From contig JAQFVV010000003.1 in the NCBI GenBank assembly GCA_028023455.1, positions 10,788,001 through 10,852,000 on the forward strand: 64,000 bases of DNA, read 5' to 3'. Below the pieces are notes generated by a model. The model saw only the letters and a program-made list of their open reading frames with translations. It was not told the DNA's origin and did no database searches. This document shows, one piece after another, positions 37,907-53,139 of the stretch. The position numbers were made by a program, and so were the translations under genes. Each line of letters begins with the position of its first letter. Within the stretch, counting starts at the first letter, position 1. The DNA is from Epiperipatus broadwayi. Taxonomy: Eukaryota; Animalia; Onychophora.

Positions 37907-40023
37907 ACATACCTGGCACTAAAGTTGTAATGCTAGTGGTCCACAATTTTCTAAAACCAGATAGTCTCTGTGACTATTTATTTATGATTGAAAGCAATCT
38001 CTTTCAATAAAATTCCTGTGTTAGATAAAAGTTATATTCCATAATAATTACGGCAGTATTTCTTATTTTTTCTTTATTTTTATGAATATAGCCTTTTAAG
38101 CTGAAATTAAATTCTAAATTGCAGCAGTCTCAAATATGCTGCTAGTGTATTTAACACATAAAAAAGATTAAAAAAATATTTCATTTTAATACTATAATAT
38201 TAGTTGAATATAGAGATGTTATGGGATAGAAGTGAGACATGGTCACCAATATCAACATAGTATAAAAGTATTAGAATTTTTTTTTAAAAAAGCATTTACT
38301 TATTTTAAACAATCTAATTTAAAGCCTATAAGATTAATTATTATGTTTCTCAGTTTTCTGGTGTGATAATATTGAATATATTATTATAAAAGAACATCTT
38401 TTTTGGTTTGGACATGTGAAGATAATGAAGAATCACAGTCTTCTAAGAAAATGTTCATGGTTTTCATACATGACACAAATCTTAATATGTATTACAATTC
38501 CTTCACAGATATTTTAAAGAGATGCAATATTATTTTTCAGTGGTAAAAGAAAATGTAGTCTTTCAGCAGTAAAAGTTTTCTGCAAAAGAAATTAAAAGAT
38601 AGCATTGTAAAGTATTAACTGTAGATATATTTATGCTCTGCAGATTGCAGAATTCACTTTTTATTTTACCTTTTTTCTATTAGTCAATAGAATATAATGG
38701 TTGAGCGATGACTCTTTGATCATTATCAGTGATAATTTGCCATTGCTTGCAATCATTTAAACATAATTCATTTTAGCATCTCAACTTTAAAATTATACCA
38801 TAAGTTTTTGTGTTGTTGCAAAGGAATATAATGATTTCAGTATTACAAATTTCTTTGCTATCCATTAAACCTTATGAATGATTAACAATAAAATTTTAAT
38901 GATCTGACTTCTCTCTAAAAATCTTCTCTAGTTAATAAATTCTTTTGAAAGTTCTTAAATCTATTTTTTTTTTTGTAAAAAAAAAAAAAAAAATTATACT
39001 GACGTTTGTATCATGTTTCTGTGAACTATTGATTATCTATAAAATTTTACGAAATAAAACTCCTTTAAGACTTCTTTGACCTTTTGTAGTACCATTACTA
39101 ATTATGAAATTTAATAAAATTATTAGTTGAATAATAAAAAAAGAAGCCAGGATTTTCTGCAAATCTTTTCAAAAATGTGTGTTTATGTTTAAAAATATTC
39201 ACAATATGTTCATATATATATATATATGTGTGTGTGTGTATGTTATATATAGAGCTTGCAAATAAGCTCTTAACAAGCTATTATTCCTACAGTCAAAAAG
39301 TGAAACACAAAGAATTTATCTCAAAATAAGGATTATGCTTTGAAATGTATTGCATATTTGAAATTAGAATGCCTCAAGATTTGTTTTGATAATTCTAAAT
39401 ATGTGTACATATATGTAAAGCATTTTTGTCCCATATCCATAATCAAAACCCATCTTCATAAATTTCAAATGCATGTTGCCCTGTATAAGACACTTATGAA
39501 TGATTTATCAGGCATTTCCTTTCCCTGCTCACTAAGACAATCATGTCGATGCTCTGTGTCTCTAAATTTGTTATTGTAATTCTGTTTTTTTCATAACTTT
39601 CATTATTTTATTTTATTTTTGTAAATGTCTTAATGTGTACATGCATATTATAAAATGTTTGCTATTATTTATGGTTTTCATATCCAAGGAAAAACTTTAA
39701 ATTAAATGCAGCGAATATCATCTTTCATAGAGCAGATTTCATAAAATCATTTCAATCAGATAATGTTCTTGAAGTTTCTTTATTGCTTGCCTTAACCTTA
39801 AGATTTTTACTATCATTTTCATTCTTAAAATTATTTTTCAATTTATTTTATTTTTTTACTTATTCTTCATTCTTTCTTTTTTATTGTCTAACTACACATA
39901 ACAAATTCAATATTCAAATTCTTACAAAACTATATCAAATATAATTAATTACTTTGTCTCTTCTTGATTTCTTCAGAAAATATTCTATTTTTTATCTTTA
40001 CTATCTTATGACTTGTAAAAAGT

Positions 40024-40095
40024 TCCTTGTGGTGCAATGGTTAAAGAATTTTCTGTCTTAAACATGACCTGGGTTCAAATTTGATGAATGTGGAG
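40024..40095 (+). pseudogene. Degenerate tRNA-like/SINE head
   Basis: Box A-like TGGTGCAATGG and box B-like GGTTCAAATT at tRNA spacing; no intact cloverleaf. Confidence 0.4.
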
Positions 40096-41299
40096 ATTTG
40101 TTTTAATTAGCTAATCATAATTAGAACTTTTCATATAGGCAAGCTATAAATGATTGGAAAATGGTATCTAACCATTTGTAGATATATAGGAAAAAAGGTG
40201 CTAAATAGTATCAGTCACCTGAATAAATATGGATGGAATTAAAATATAATGCAATTTTTACTAATGGTGAAAAAAGTGACCAAATAATGAGCTATGGTTT
40301 GTCTACATTTTTTATCTTTTTTCTATATGCAATCAAATTGACCCAATTTATTTTACTATTTTTTCTGGATGTATTATAATTTCAAATCAATTCTTCTTTC
40401 TATATGCATTCATTTACACATAAAATAAATGCAATCTATATGTGTACGCATACACATATGTCATTCAAAATTATATAATGTAATTTAAATACATACAGAG
40501 TACATTATCAATATTAATTTTTTATTACACTATTGCATTTTGGATTGTTTTATTCTAAATTGGATCTTAATTTTTTTCTCAACTGTTAATAAATGAAAAT
40601 TTATAATTAAGATGTTCTAGGACAATACTTTATTACTATTTCTACTCTGAATTGTCATATAAATCTTTTTGACACCTGTAAGAATTAAACTGGAATGTAT
40701 TTGTAAAAATTTAATAAATATTTTACTTTAAAAAAAAGAGTACAATACTTCACTGCTCAAGGATTAAAACTGGGTGATCTAGTTAAGTGATAGAATATAT
40801 GATTGACTTTAAATTATCTTGTTTAGTAAGTGATACAAATAAATATTCATTTTTACTCAAAACTGAGTTAAAAGGCAAGCTATTTAAACGTTCCAAATAT
40901 ATATGAGTTGGTCAAAATATCAGGATTACTATTATATAAGCACTTTATTTATGACATATGCCATCATAACCAAATTTGACCTCTTTCAAATAAATATGGC
41001 TATTTGCAATCTCAAAAAGACAAAATAGTACATTAGAAATGAGTTTTATATTATTGACTATACAAACCAATCCTTAAATCATAAACATTTTTCATTAACA
41101 CATGTTTGTGATTTAGTTTTTTTATCTTTGAATTTAAGACAAAGAAACACCATGATTTTTCTTCTTAGTTGTCTGATAATTCTTAATTGTAAATATCAGT
41201 TGAGTTTCTTTGAAATCAGGATGAATGTGCATATGAATGATCTTTTTAAGGTATTTATAATCATATCAGACAAAACTAAATTATGACTCTTATTACCAG

Positions 41300-44070
41300 A
41301 AATCTACAAATTTATCAGCAAATGCAGCAGTTGAATGAAGATAGAAAAGCTCAGGCAATTGCAGACAAATTTAAATTAAAAAAATTCTATGATTTAGAGG
41401 ATGTGTTTAATATAAAAAGAGGAAATCATTGGACTTTGTAATGTAAAAAAAAAAAAAGATGAAGAAACAATTGATTTATAAGTGGTCTTGTACTTTGCTA
41501 TAAAAACACAAGTATTGTGATCACAAATAGAGTAAGATTCATTATAAATAAAATGGAAACAGCATTGTGGAGATTGATTTGCAAAGAGTGGTAAAATGAG
41601 TTATTCAAGCTTAATGTAAGATACCAAATACAGATAGTATAAATTTATCTTCACAGTGATGAAGAAGTAAAATATTTTTTTAATAAATGTACAAAATGCT
41701 TTTGATTACATTTAACAACATTATGAAACTATCATGAGAGATTTTATGCTAAAATTAATAAATGAAATAAAAATTGTGTGGATAAACAGAAATGAAAAAG
41801 GATACCGAGTTGTGGAATTTGCAATTAGAAAAATTATATATTATGAATTTCTTCTTTAAAAAAATGCTAAACAGAAATGAACATGAAAACATCCAAATGA
41901 AGATATATCAGAATTAGATTATATTTCAGCTAAAAGAAAATATGCATACCAAAAATATAATGTTCTTAAAAGATTCAATATGAAAAATAAATATTGATTA
42001 GTGAGATGTTAAAGCAATTTGCAAATAATTCTAAAATATTTACAGACTAGAAAGATAGTACAGACTCCATGGAAAAGATAACTGGTATTCTATTATCTAT
42101 TGCAAGAAGATAAGTGTTACCAATAAATTTTCAAGTGAGTCAACATCTAAAAAAAAAAAGGAATATGAAATTTTTTTAAAACAATCTATGGAATATCTAC
42201 AAAAATTTTGTAAAATAGTGCAAACAAATTTTATAATAATATAAAAAAATACAATTGTGAATCGGAAAGAAAAGCTAAAGAAGAGAATAAAATTCTCAAA
42301 TAAGTAAAACATTATCTTGGTACTTGGGGGGGGGGGGGTTTCAGCAATAAAAAAAAAGTTAGAATTGTTAATAAAAAGAGTGGTTACAATATAAAATGTG
42401 TGTAATGAAAAATAATAAAACAAAAAAACCATTACAATTCCTACATCTGAATTTCCAAGCATTTTAAATGAAAAGATAAAGAAATAAAAAATGATTGGCA
42501 AAATGATATACCAAATGTCTGAATGATAGATATGCACCAAATGATTGAAAAAAAAATGTAATGTTGATATTTAAAAACAAAAAGAAACCAGATATTAGAA
42601 ATTACAAATCTATCTGGATTTTTTTTCATTTTTATAAAAAAATATTTTATAAAATAAATACATTTACTTACAGCAAACTCTGGATTCAAATCAACCAAGA
42701 GAACAAGTTGGAACTACAGTAATTTTAGTACAATGGATCATATCTAAATATTGAGAATAATTACAGAAAGAACTAATAAATATGAATTGCCAATTTGCTT
42801 TGGAATTGTAGATTATGAAAAAGCATTTGATCCTACAAACATGTCTATAATGATTTATGGAATGGATCATCAAGATATAAACTAAAACATTGTTATATTC
42901 TAAAAAAAATGTATTTAAATGCAACAGATAATGATTAAAAGAAGTGGTAATACTAAGAAGATTAACATTGAGAAAGGTGCACACCAGGCACTCTATAGCT
43001 CAAATAGTTTTTATAAAAGTTTCCAAGAAGTAGTTTGTGGATTAAAATAAGAATCTAAGAGAATAAAAGTAAATGAAGATTACTTAAATCATCTATATTT
43101 TATAGATGAGATGATAACTTTTGCAGATAATGTTTCAATACTTCAGGAAATGTTGCAAGGAATTGTTGGATGAAAGTAAAAAAAAAGGATTAAAGATAAA
43201 TGTTCAATGGATTTTCCAGAAGAAAAAAGTAAAGATTGATAATCATGAATTAGAATAAGTTAACATTGAGAAAGATATCCATCAGGATGATTCTATATCT
43301 CTTAAACATTTTACAGCATATTTACAAGAAATATTTTGTTGATTACATTGGGAAACTATGAACATAAAATTATAGATTAGTTAAGTTATCTATTATTACT
43401 TAAGTAATCTAAACTTTTTAGAAAACATGATATATTTGTCTCATTAAAAAATGTTGCAAAAGTTATCAGATAAAAGTAAGAAAGACAAAAAATGAATACT
43501 AAAAAAGACTAAAGTAAAGTTTGATGAATTTTCTAAAAAAAAATAAAGATGGATATGATGAATTAGAAGTTAACAACTACAAATTAGTTGGATTATTAAT
43601 GCAGATAGAAATATAATATATATAAATTGGCAGAAATAACTAAATATTAAAAGAAAATACGCCTATGTGTTTGAAAAGAAAGATTTTTAATATTGTGTTT
43701 TATCAGTTCTTACTTACGGATCTGATACTTGGACACTTAATAGGAGAGTAATGCAGAGAAAGGAGTAACAAAAATAGAACAAAACAATTTATGTGGGTGA
43801 GAAAACAAATGGTTATCATTGTCATCATTGAAAACAATTAAGACAGTATTATAGATTTGGACATAACATATTGCTAGAAGTGATGATAGTAAATAGACGG
43901 ACAGTTGAAGTTTTAAATGAGATCTCAAGAAATTGCCAAAGATTTAAAAAGTGACCATACATGAGATGAATGGATGAAATAAAAATATTTGCTGGTGTGT
44001 TGTAGAGTTAGTGATCATAAAAATTGGATTAATTCTGGAGACACTTTCAATCTTCAGTGTATCAATAATA
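41300..44070 (+). mobile_element. Decayed, near full-length RTE-clade LINE
   Basis: APE-like LYIMNFFFKK.LNR..TWKHPNEDISELDYI near 41830-41930, IVDYEKAFD near 42800, TFADN near 43120, LTYGSDTWTL near 43720, and an RTE 3' tail to about 44060. The RGVRQG-like block is duplicated (about 42960 and 43260). Confidence 0.7.
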
Positions 44071-46980
44071 GTTGCCAATGATAATAATATGTATATATAA
44101 TTTATAAAATTAGTGGCATAGCAATAAAGCAATTGCACCTTCCATTTACGACTAACATCTACTTTAATAACAAAAAAATTGTTTGTATGCAAGTGTGAAG
44201 TAAACTAAAATTAATCACTACACGAATATAAATTAAAACGGTAAAACCTGTAAGTATGAAGTTTTAATAATGTAACAAATTAAGATTTTTGTCTCTTTCA
44301 TACTTACATAAGGCCAGTAATTCAAATCATGATGTGCCCATGCAAAACAATTACTGATGAAAGTAAAGATGATAAAGCAACATACTATCATTGTATTTTT
44401 ATTTCAACAGCATTTAATATTTCTTAATTTTAATTATTGTACTTTGATAAATTTTTGACTATGCTTCTATTAACAATAAATAGAAAAAAAAATATTTAGA
44501 AAAAAACATGGCAAGAAATTTTTATTATTAGAAAATTAAAATTGTATCTACAATATCAAAATATCATTAATTCAAATCTCTAGTTTCTAGATTTTTTCCA
44601 GATTTGTGAATTTCAAGAATATAGATCTTTTACCCTCTCATTTTGTACACTATATTTTTTAATCATAATTATTAATAATAGTAAAATTTATAAAATACAT
44701 TAGATTTATTTATTGTAAAAAGTTAAAAGTCAACTTTGAAATTTTATTCGGATAATAAATTTTTTTAATAATAGATATTTGGATTAATGATATTCTATTT
44801 GTATAAAATTATATCTTGGTATTGCACATCTTATTTTCAGCCAATATACATTTATTATATCACACATTGTTTAATCAATAATAAATATAAAATTAGTACC
44901 AAAATAATATTATCTAGCAGACATTGATTTTAGTCATACTCATACTCATTTCTTGCATTTCAACATAGAGATATGTATAATTTTTATGGCTTATGGAACT
45001 TAAATGCCACAATTTGGTTAGTAAAGACAGGCAATTTCCAGAATTTGCCTATACATATATCTAGCCCTGTGTATATAGGTATATTATAATAATGAGACAG
45101 TATAATATATATATATATATTGAATGAGACAGTATAATATATATATATATATTGAACCGGGTGGGGTGTTTTCTATTATTGCATGAGTAAACAAAATCTA
45201 TACATGCACTTTTGACTCTTTAAATAAAATAACTTGTGAAACAATATTGTAAAACTTTTATACAAAATATAATACAATTATTTATTATTAATATATTTGA
45301 TCTACCCCAAGGCCATTTAAATGTTGCACCACCATGCCCCCCTAGGCAGAGAAAATAATGCCCAGAGGGTACCTGTGACCAAGCCAGAGCTATAAATAAA
45401 AATATATAACTATGACCATGTTTGAAGAATGCAGATCTTCTCAGCTGCAGAATTAAACACCTATCATTCAAAGCACTTTTTTGTTTCAGAGTAAACTCCA
45501 GGTTCCAGTCAGTTACCAAAGATAAATGACACACTTTGAATGATTGTCAAAATAATTCAGCTAAGATATTCCAATTAGCTCAATCAAAAGGAATATAATG
45601 CATTACTGTTTTAATTAGTGGTAGAAGAATTGATCGACAAGCATCAAGTTTAAAGATAATTTATTTTTAAATAAGCATTTATTATTATATCTTTTAAACT
45701 ACTTATAAATTTTCTCAACCAAATATCAGTAATCATTCATGATAACCTCAGGCACATACATGTTATAGTAAGATATACACTAGCAATATAATTCAGCATT
45801 AAAATAATTATAAGCATTCAAAACATGCACATTAATAGTTCATTTATGCGGTTATAGAGTTCATTTATTAACTGACTCTAGAAGGCATCAAGATTAGCAA
45901 TGGCTACATTATTATCAGAAATGGAATAAGAAAAGTTATTCATTACCTATAGGATTTTGGGACATTGGTTTCTTGCTGGTTGCTGCTTCACATGATAATT
46001 TTCCAACTGGTTGGATTTGAGGTTTTGTGGAGGTTCCTTTGCTTACTATTTTGTGGCACTATTCCTTAAGACAGTTAGATATCCCTGGTGGTTTTCAAGT
46101 TGTTAGGCAGGCATCACTTTTATTAGGCAGGCCACTGGTTCCATCGGACTCTGGCTAAAGCAAGACTGTATGCTTCCAATAACTGTTAGTACTGCATTGT
46201 CTTGGAAAATACTGATTCTGAAGACTGATTGTAAAACTGATTGACTGACTGATTGAATCTGCTTGTGAACTCAACTGATTGAAAAACTGATAGACTGAAC
46301 TCATGGAAGAACTATTTATATGATGACCTGTTGTCACTTTGTTAATTAGTTTTTATATGCGCCAGCTATATCTGTTGTTGGAATTTGTCCACTGTTTTTG
46401 ATTACATTCTTTTGATAAGATTTTGATCCTGTTTTCAATTGGTAAACATTGCTAATTTGTTTTGTGGATTTTTTATTAGTAGCCATTGCTGAGTCTGTTT
46501 TTTAATGTTTTAACTTTCTTATATTGTTTTATCAACATGCACACATTTTAATATACTTCTTTATTTTTTCAATCATTTACTATTTGTGCATATATATGTT
46601 TACATTTCTTTAGATTATGGGAAAAGACTTTTTTTTTCTTTAAGTAAAATAAAAGAGAATACCTTTAATTTTATATAAAAGATTTATAGTTTAAATTGTC
46701 ATATATTTAATTCTTAATTACTTGCAATTCAACTACTTTAAAATTTTCTAAGTTAATTTCCTCCCCCTTCCACTCACTCCTAACTTTTATAGATTATTTC
46801 TTTTTTTTAGTGAAGTGCATTTTGTTTAAACTAATAATAATAATAAAAACTCTTTAGACTTGTATAATTTTATTTATTTTCAAATGAGATATTTTTACTC
46901 ATTTACAGATAAATTATTCTGCAATACTCTTATTATTTATTATCAATTTTAAACTTTACATTGTTTTATGAAAAAAATTT

Positions 46981-49900
46981 ATTTTTTAATAATTGTAAAC
47001 ACAATTTTAATAACTGCTGCTCAGTAGTATTACATTATACCACCCTTTTTTTAGAGTAAAATGTGTCACTTGATCTATTTTATCTCTGCCGATTTTTTTT
47101 CTTCTAATAGTATTCGCTGTAATCATTAATTATTATTATCTTCTGTTTATGTTCTACCTTTGGGTATTCCAGAATGTCCTACAGTGCTCATCCCTTAATG
47201 GACCTTCCAACTGCCTGTCTGTCAGCTCTCTTTTTCTCTTTATCAATTTTAATGATCAAGCATTATACGTTCCCCTCTCGTCCATGCCTTGTGCCACCAC
47301 AAACATGTTGTCACTGTATTTTCATTTTATTATATACAGACCTTCATAAATTGGTTGAAACTTCTTGTATTTCTCAGGATGGCTTACAGGGTTCATTCTT
47401 ATCATGACCTCATCTCCTATTCTGAATCTATTTGTGACCTTTCCTTGTCTCTTCTGCCTTAATTCACCCATTTTCTTTAGCCTACTACATGCTCATTCAA
47501 TATCTTTCTTTCTACCAATTGGGCCTGGTTTCAGGAGCAACCTGGTCCTGAATGGGCAGGGTACATCTCTTCCAAAATGAAGCTGGATGGGTTCGAGCCC
47601 TGTAGACTCATTTTGACCAATTTATCATATTAAAAATATGTGAAATTTCTTTCACACATTTCCAGGGATTATCTTGTATATATACTTGAAAGAGATGCCT
47701 ACTCCCTCATGACCCATTCACATGGGTTGGACTGTGAGTTACAAATTGACATATGTTTTATTCCATATCTCTCCATCCATTTTTTCTACTCATCAGATAG
47801 AAATGGTATCCCATGGTCAGACAAGATTCCCACTGTACCAAAGTGTCATTGCTCTAAAATCCATATGTTTTACTTAGCATTTGCCTGAGATACAGGGTAT
47901 GCTGCCACAAACTTTGAGAATACATCATATGACATGACAAGAATTTCATTCTATTAAATGAGGGCAGGAGTCCGTAGAAGTCTATTGCTAATAAATCATT
48001 TGGATGTTGCATGTAAATGGGCTTCAATGGCCCTACCCAAGATGCATTGAGTGGTTTCATTTTTGAGCATATATGAAGATGTTTGCATACATTCCCACCA
48101 GTGTAGCCAATGGCTTAACCATCCCTCAACTTTTCTAGCTCCATAGTGTCCATATTTCTAATGTACATGCTTAATTAAATTTCTCCTCATAGTGACTGGA
48201 ATAATGATCCTTTTTTGTTTATCCCTTTCCCTTTTGCATTGTCAACAGCCCTTCTTTTAGGCAATATCCTTTTCTATCTCTCCACATGGGATTATTTCTC
48301 ATTTTTGTCACAGGCTGGTAACATAAATACTTTATTATTTGCTGACATTCCCCATCCTCACATTGCTGCTCCTTTAACCTACAATGGACATTTTCTGTTT
48401 CATTGCCTTTGTTAACTTCTGTTGCAGCGATGTAGGCCCTGTCACAATTTAAGTGATGTTGCTCCTGTACAGCAGGATATCAGCTTAATGTTCTGCTACA
48501 ACATTTTCTTTACCTTGGCAGTATCTCATACTATAATTAAAATTCTTGAAGAAACTCTACCTTATTAACTGGCTGTTTGTAAGGAAGCTATGATTTAAAA
48601 CTCAAGACTTTTGTGATCAGTAATTACAACTACCTCAGAGCCTACCAGATACTGACAAAAATTTTTAAACATTCACACAAACACCAAAGTATCCTTCTCA
48701 GTTACAGTGTAGTTCATTTCAGGACCCTTCAATAATTGGCTCATAAAGAAAAGGACCCTGTGCTGACCCACATGTTGTATCTAAGACAATGTAGCCCTCA
48801 ATCCAAATCTACTATTGTTGGTTTGCACAAAAAATGGCTTACGAAAATTGGGGTATGACAACATAACCCTTTCTAAAAACCCTGCCATTACATTTTGAAA
48901 GCTACACTTGGTCTTCAGTTCATGCCCACTGTCTTTCCTTTTTTAGTAATTGCATCAATATTTCCATATCAATTTTTTTTTTTTGTAAAACTGGTTATAA
49001 AAATTTCATAACCCAAGGAAAGACTTTACATGTTTTTTGTTTTGAAATCTAGGAAAATTTTGGATCACCTGAATTTTATCAGGATTTGGTCAGATCCCCT
49101 TTTCACTAATGATATGGCCTAGAAATTTTACTTCAGTAGTCATTAAGTTACTTTTACTTAAGTTAATTTTTATTCCATTTTGTTTGCACTCATGCAACAG
49201 CTGCTCTAAATGCATGAAGTGCTCTTCTATACTTTCTGATGCTAAGACAATATCATCTACATACACCACTATCAAACTTTTGATGCAGTCTAATAACATG
49301 TAATCAAGACCCTATATCAGCCCTGCTACACTATTCTTTACACCAAAGGGAATCCAATTGAAGTTGTATGCCCATCCACTATACCGAAAAACAGTATATT
49401 TCCGATTGTTAGGGTGCATATTGATTTGCCAGTAACTGTCGGTCATCAAACATTGAAAACACCCTTTTATCATAGAACTTCACTAATAACTTGTTCATAA
49501 GTTGAGGGGCATTTGCATCAGGCATACTTATCTTATTTAATTGATGAGCATCCAAACATAACCAAATGGACCCATCCTTTTTTCACTGTTACAAGAAGGT
49601 TATTGAAAGATGAACATTTAGAGATGTCCCATTGAAGCATTTTGTCTATCTGTTCCTCCATTTCACCCTGATACTGATGAGGTATAGGGTATGTGCAGGC
49701 CTGATATGGTTGATCTCTCACAAGTTTTATTGTGTTCATACCCTTTAATAATTCTGGGGACTTCTTTCCACTCTCATATTTATTTAGTATTTTCTTCAAC
49801 TGTTCCCTTTGATCTCTGTCTATCAACTTCAATTCCTCTGCCTTTTCCTCTATTTACGTATTTATTCCAGTGCTTTGCATGCAGTGCTCTTTACTATATC

Positions 49901-50963
49901 TATCTGCTCAGTCTGCTGTAAACATTATTAGTTCATTATTCAGTTTTATCTGACTTTATTCATAATCCAGAACACAGCGGTCTTATGCATAAAGTCTGAC
50001 CCCAGTATAATCTCATGGATCAGATCCTCAAGGATAAGAAAAATGTGGCTGTATTCATTTCCTGCTATACACATTTACCCATACTTGTTTTGATGCCAGT
50101 CTCACCCTTTTATTATTAGCCATCATGTCATACACTATCTTCAATGGCAAAATTTTAACTTTAGGATTACTACATTTTATTCTATTAAATACTTCCTGGG
50201 ACATCACTGACACCTGGCTTCCAGAATCAAGTAAAGCACTGGTTATCACCCTTCTATCACCATTTTCACTTTTGGACATCCCTGAGGCACCATCATTGGT
50301 TCTCTATCCTCCCTGCTACACACCAGGTTTGATACTTGCATATGGCCATCTTCACTGTCTCTATTCTTCCTAAGCCATCTATTGTAGTCCAATGCTATAA
50401 GCATTTCAGCCATCTGCTCTATCGTTTCCTGTTTTGTTCCAATTAGCACTTGCTCTACATCCCTAGGAAGGTCAAGTTTAACTGTTCGTAAAATTTGCTG
50501 CTCAGATAAAAGTGGTGTCACGATTGATCTCAACTTCACCACTTGATGGTGAAAAAATGTGATAATTAACTCCCCACATCTCCATTTGTCCTGCTCCACC
50601 TGATGCTTAATAATCATCTCCTGATACTCATTCCTCCAATAGTTTGCCAGCAATAACTGCTTATATTCTCTAAATGTCACTGGTTTTGAAAACAATGAAT
50701 CCCACCAGAATTGAGCCTCACCCTGTATATGACTGTGAGTTCAGTGCAAAATAACCTTCCAGACTATTAAGGTGTTCATTTGGAGCCTCCCTTCTTCAAT
50801 CTTTATTTTTAGCAACTGACTTACTGTATTAACTCTATCTATATGTGCGTCTATATGTGCGCATGTTCTTACACTTTCTTGCTCATTTTCTAACCTTTCT
50901 ATTCTTTTTATTTTTTATTAATTGTAAACACAATTTTAATGAGCGCTACTCAGTAATGCTACA
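46981..50963 (-). mobile_element. Ty3/Gypsy LTR retrotransposon, decayed, 5' region deleted
   Basis: gag (GEAQFWW...ANYW), protease (ALLDSGSQVSVM), RT (YPIP...YVDDIVL), RNase H and integrase (IDFYGLLP) in Gypsy order. LTR remnants at 46981-47034 and 50911-50963 share 21 identical nt. A PPT AAAAAAAGGGTGG precedes the 3' LTR TGTAAT. Confidence 0.9.
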
Positions 50964-51299
50964 ATATTATTTTATAGAAATAAAGATGAAGTAGAAAATA
51001 GATAGAGCTATGCAAAAAAATGCTTATACTCTTATCAATGAAAAAAATTATTGTGGATGTCATAACTGCTTCCACTCCATCAGCGCTGTGGGCACTCATC
51101 ATTGTTCATTCATTGAAGTTTGGTTTTCTTTTTGAAATTATGGAAAAACTGTAAGGACTACACATGTACTTATACCATAATTCTCTTCATCATTTTTGTT
51201 CTCTTTCCGTAAGTAGTCACCATTTTTCTCTATGATAAAAAATAAAATTTTTATTAATTTGTTTGTGAATAACATCAATTGTTTTTTAATTTTTTTTCA

Positions 51300-53139
51300 C
51301 ACTTTGTTCAATTATATGGAAACAAAAGTACGTAAAATAAATAAATGGGAAATATGGTTTCCAATACAGATTATTCTAGTGACAATCAATTTGCCCTGTC
51401 TAAGCTAAGCCCTTTGACTCCAAGAATGAGAATAGTGTTACTATCAGTGATCTAGAAGAATATTTTTCATCATCATCATCAGAAGAAGAAACCCCTTTAC
51501 CAGCCAAAAAGAAAAGAAAAACTACAAGTGTTGTGCATTCAAACATAACATGCGAATTGGTAAACATAGAGAATTTCACTAAAACTTCAGGTTTGAAATT
51601 TTCTATAATAAGTGAGTATTCAATTTTAGATTTTTTTATGTTATTTGATAAAAAAACTTTTATCAACTGTTATTGAGGAAACAAATAAATATGCCACTAA
51701 AAGAAGTATATGCATGATTGGATGAATGTAACAGATCATGAATTGTCTGCCTTTCTTGGGATGGCATTAGGAATTTCATGCAAGGCCCCTGTCATCTGAT
51801 TGAAGGACATTTGGAGTTCCGATCCTAATGTCATGTAAACGATTTACAAATATTTTGTCATGTATACATTTCAATGATAATAAAAAAATGTTGAAGGAAA
51901 GATTTTGACCGAATTTATAAGATTAGACCAATAATAAAAAATGCAATATAAATTTCAAAGCTATATACCAGATGCACGGAGAGATTGCAGTTGATGAGGC
52001 AGTCACAAAATTTTTAGGTCGCAACATTATGAAACAATATGATAAATCAAAATCAATAAAGAGAGGTTTCAAGTGGTGGATGTGCGCTGATAGTCATAAA
52101 GGTTATGTGTACCACATGGAAATGTGTATACACAAAGACTCATCTTCAAATGTTTCTCAATACCTTGGTACTCATGCTGTGAAGTCATTAGTTCTTCCAT
52201 ACCTTGCAAAACAACATCACATTATTTTCTGTGACAGATTTTTTTTAAGTGTAGAACTAGCTAAAGAACTACAATGAATGTAAAGAGAAAAGGTGTTCCA
52301 AAGCGCATTGTTGAATTGCATAGTAATAAAAAAATGAAAAGAGGAGAATCTCATTTTGTCCTGGACAAAGATAGTGAACTTCAATTTTCAGTATGGATGG
52401 ACAAAAAGCCAATAGCTATGATCACAAATGCTTATGCACCTTCTGGAGATGCTGTTGTTACCTGACAAAGTAAAAGTAGATTGCGAGAATTAGTTCCATG
52501 TCCACCTGCAATAAAAATGTATAACAAGTACATGGGTGGTGTTGACTTAGCTAATCAAAAGGGAATGCAATATGGTTGGGACAGAAAATCGATACGATGG
52601 CCATTGCTTTGACACTGCAATTTCCAATGCAAATATTTTGTATTGTACTTATAGGTCATCTAAGAATTTGACTGCCTTGAGTCAACTTGATTTTCAGAGA
52701 ACCTTATCTAACATGCTGATTGATGGATTTTCTTCAAAGATAAGCTATGCCCCAAAATCATATGTATTTCCACATCTAGCACAGCGATCACATGGAAACC
52801 ATACACATGTTGATCTTCATCACCATAACATTCCCATAGAGAAGCATAGTGTTATGTGTGTAAAAAAAGACAAAGACATGAAACTGGCTGTTTGGAATGT
52901 GGACTGGTACCTATTTGTAACAACTCACAAAGAGGATGTTTTGTTTTTTATCACACTAAAAATGTAGCAAGTCATTCAAATCCTGTTGTACCAGTTTTAC
53001 CACAACCATGAGCTGCAGTTTCATCACAAATGGACTTGCTGGGATTGTAAATAACATGTAATCTGAAGGTCTTCAAATGCAGATGGCTCTACTTATGCTC
53101 AAATGAGGGATATGGCTTTTGAATAGTTCTAATGGTTAA
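51300..53139 (+). mobile_element. piggyBac-like transposon remnant
   Basis: IAVDEAVTKFLGR...YDKSKSIKRGFKWW, IFCDRFF, VWMDKK, YNKYMGGVDLANQ and a C-terminal Cys-rich domain (CYVC...CLECGLVPIC). The right end is ...AATGG|TTAA; the left terminus was not found. Confidence 0.9.

Noticed and set aside
45300-45400. GC-rich gccccccTAGGC motif reminiscent of hAT subterminal repeats
   Set aside because: No TIR pair or 8-bp TSD found.
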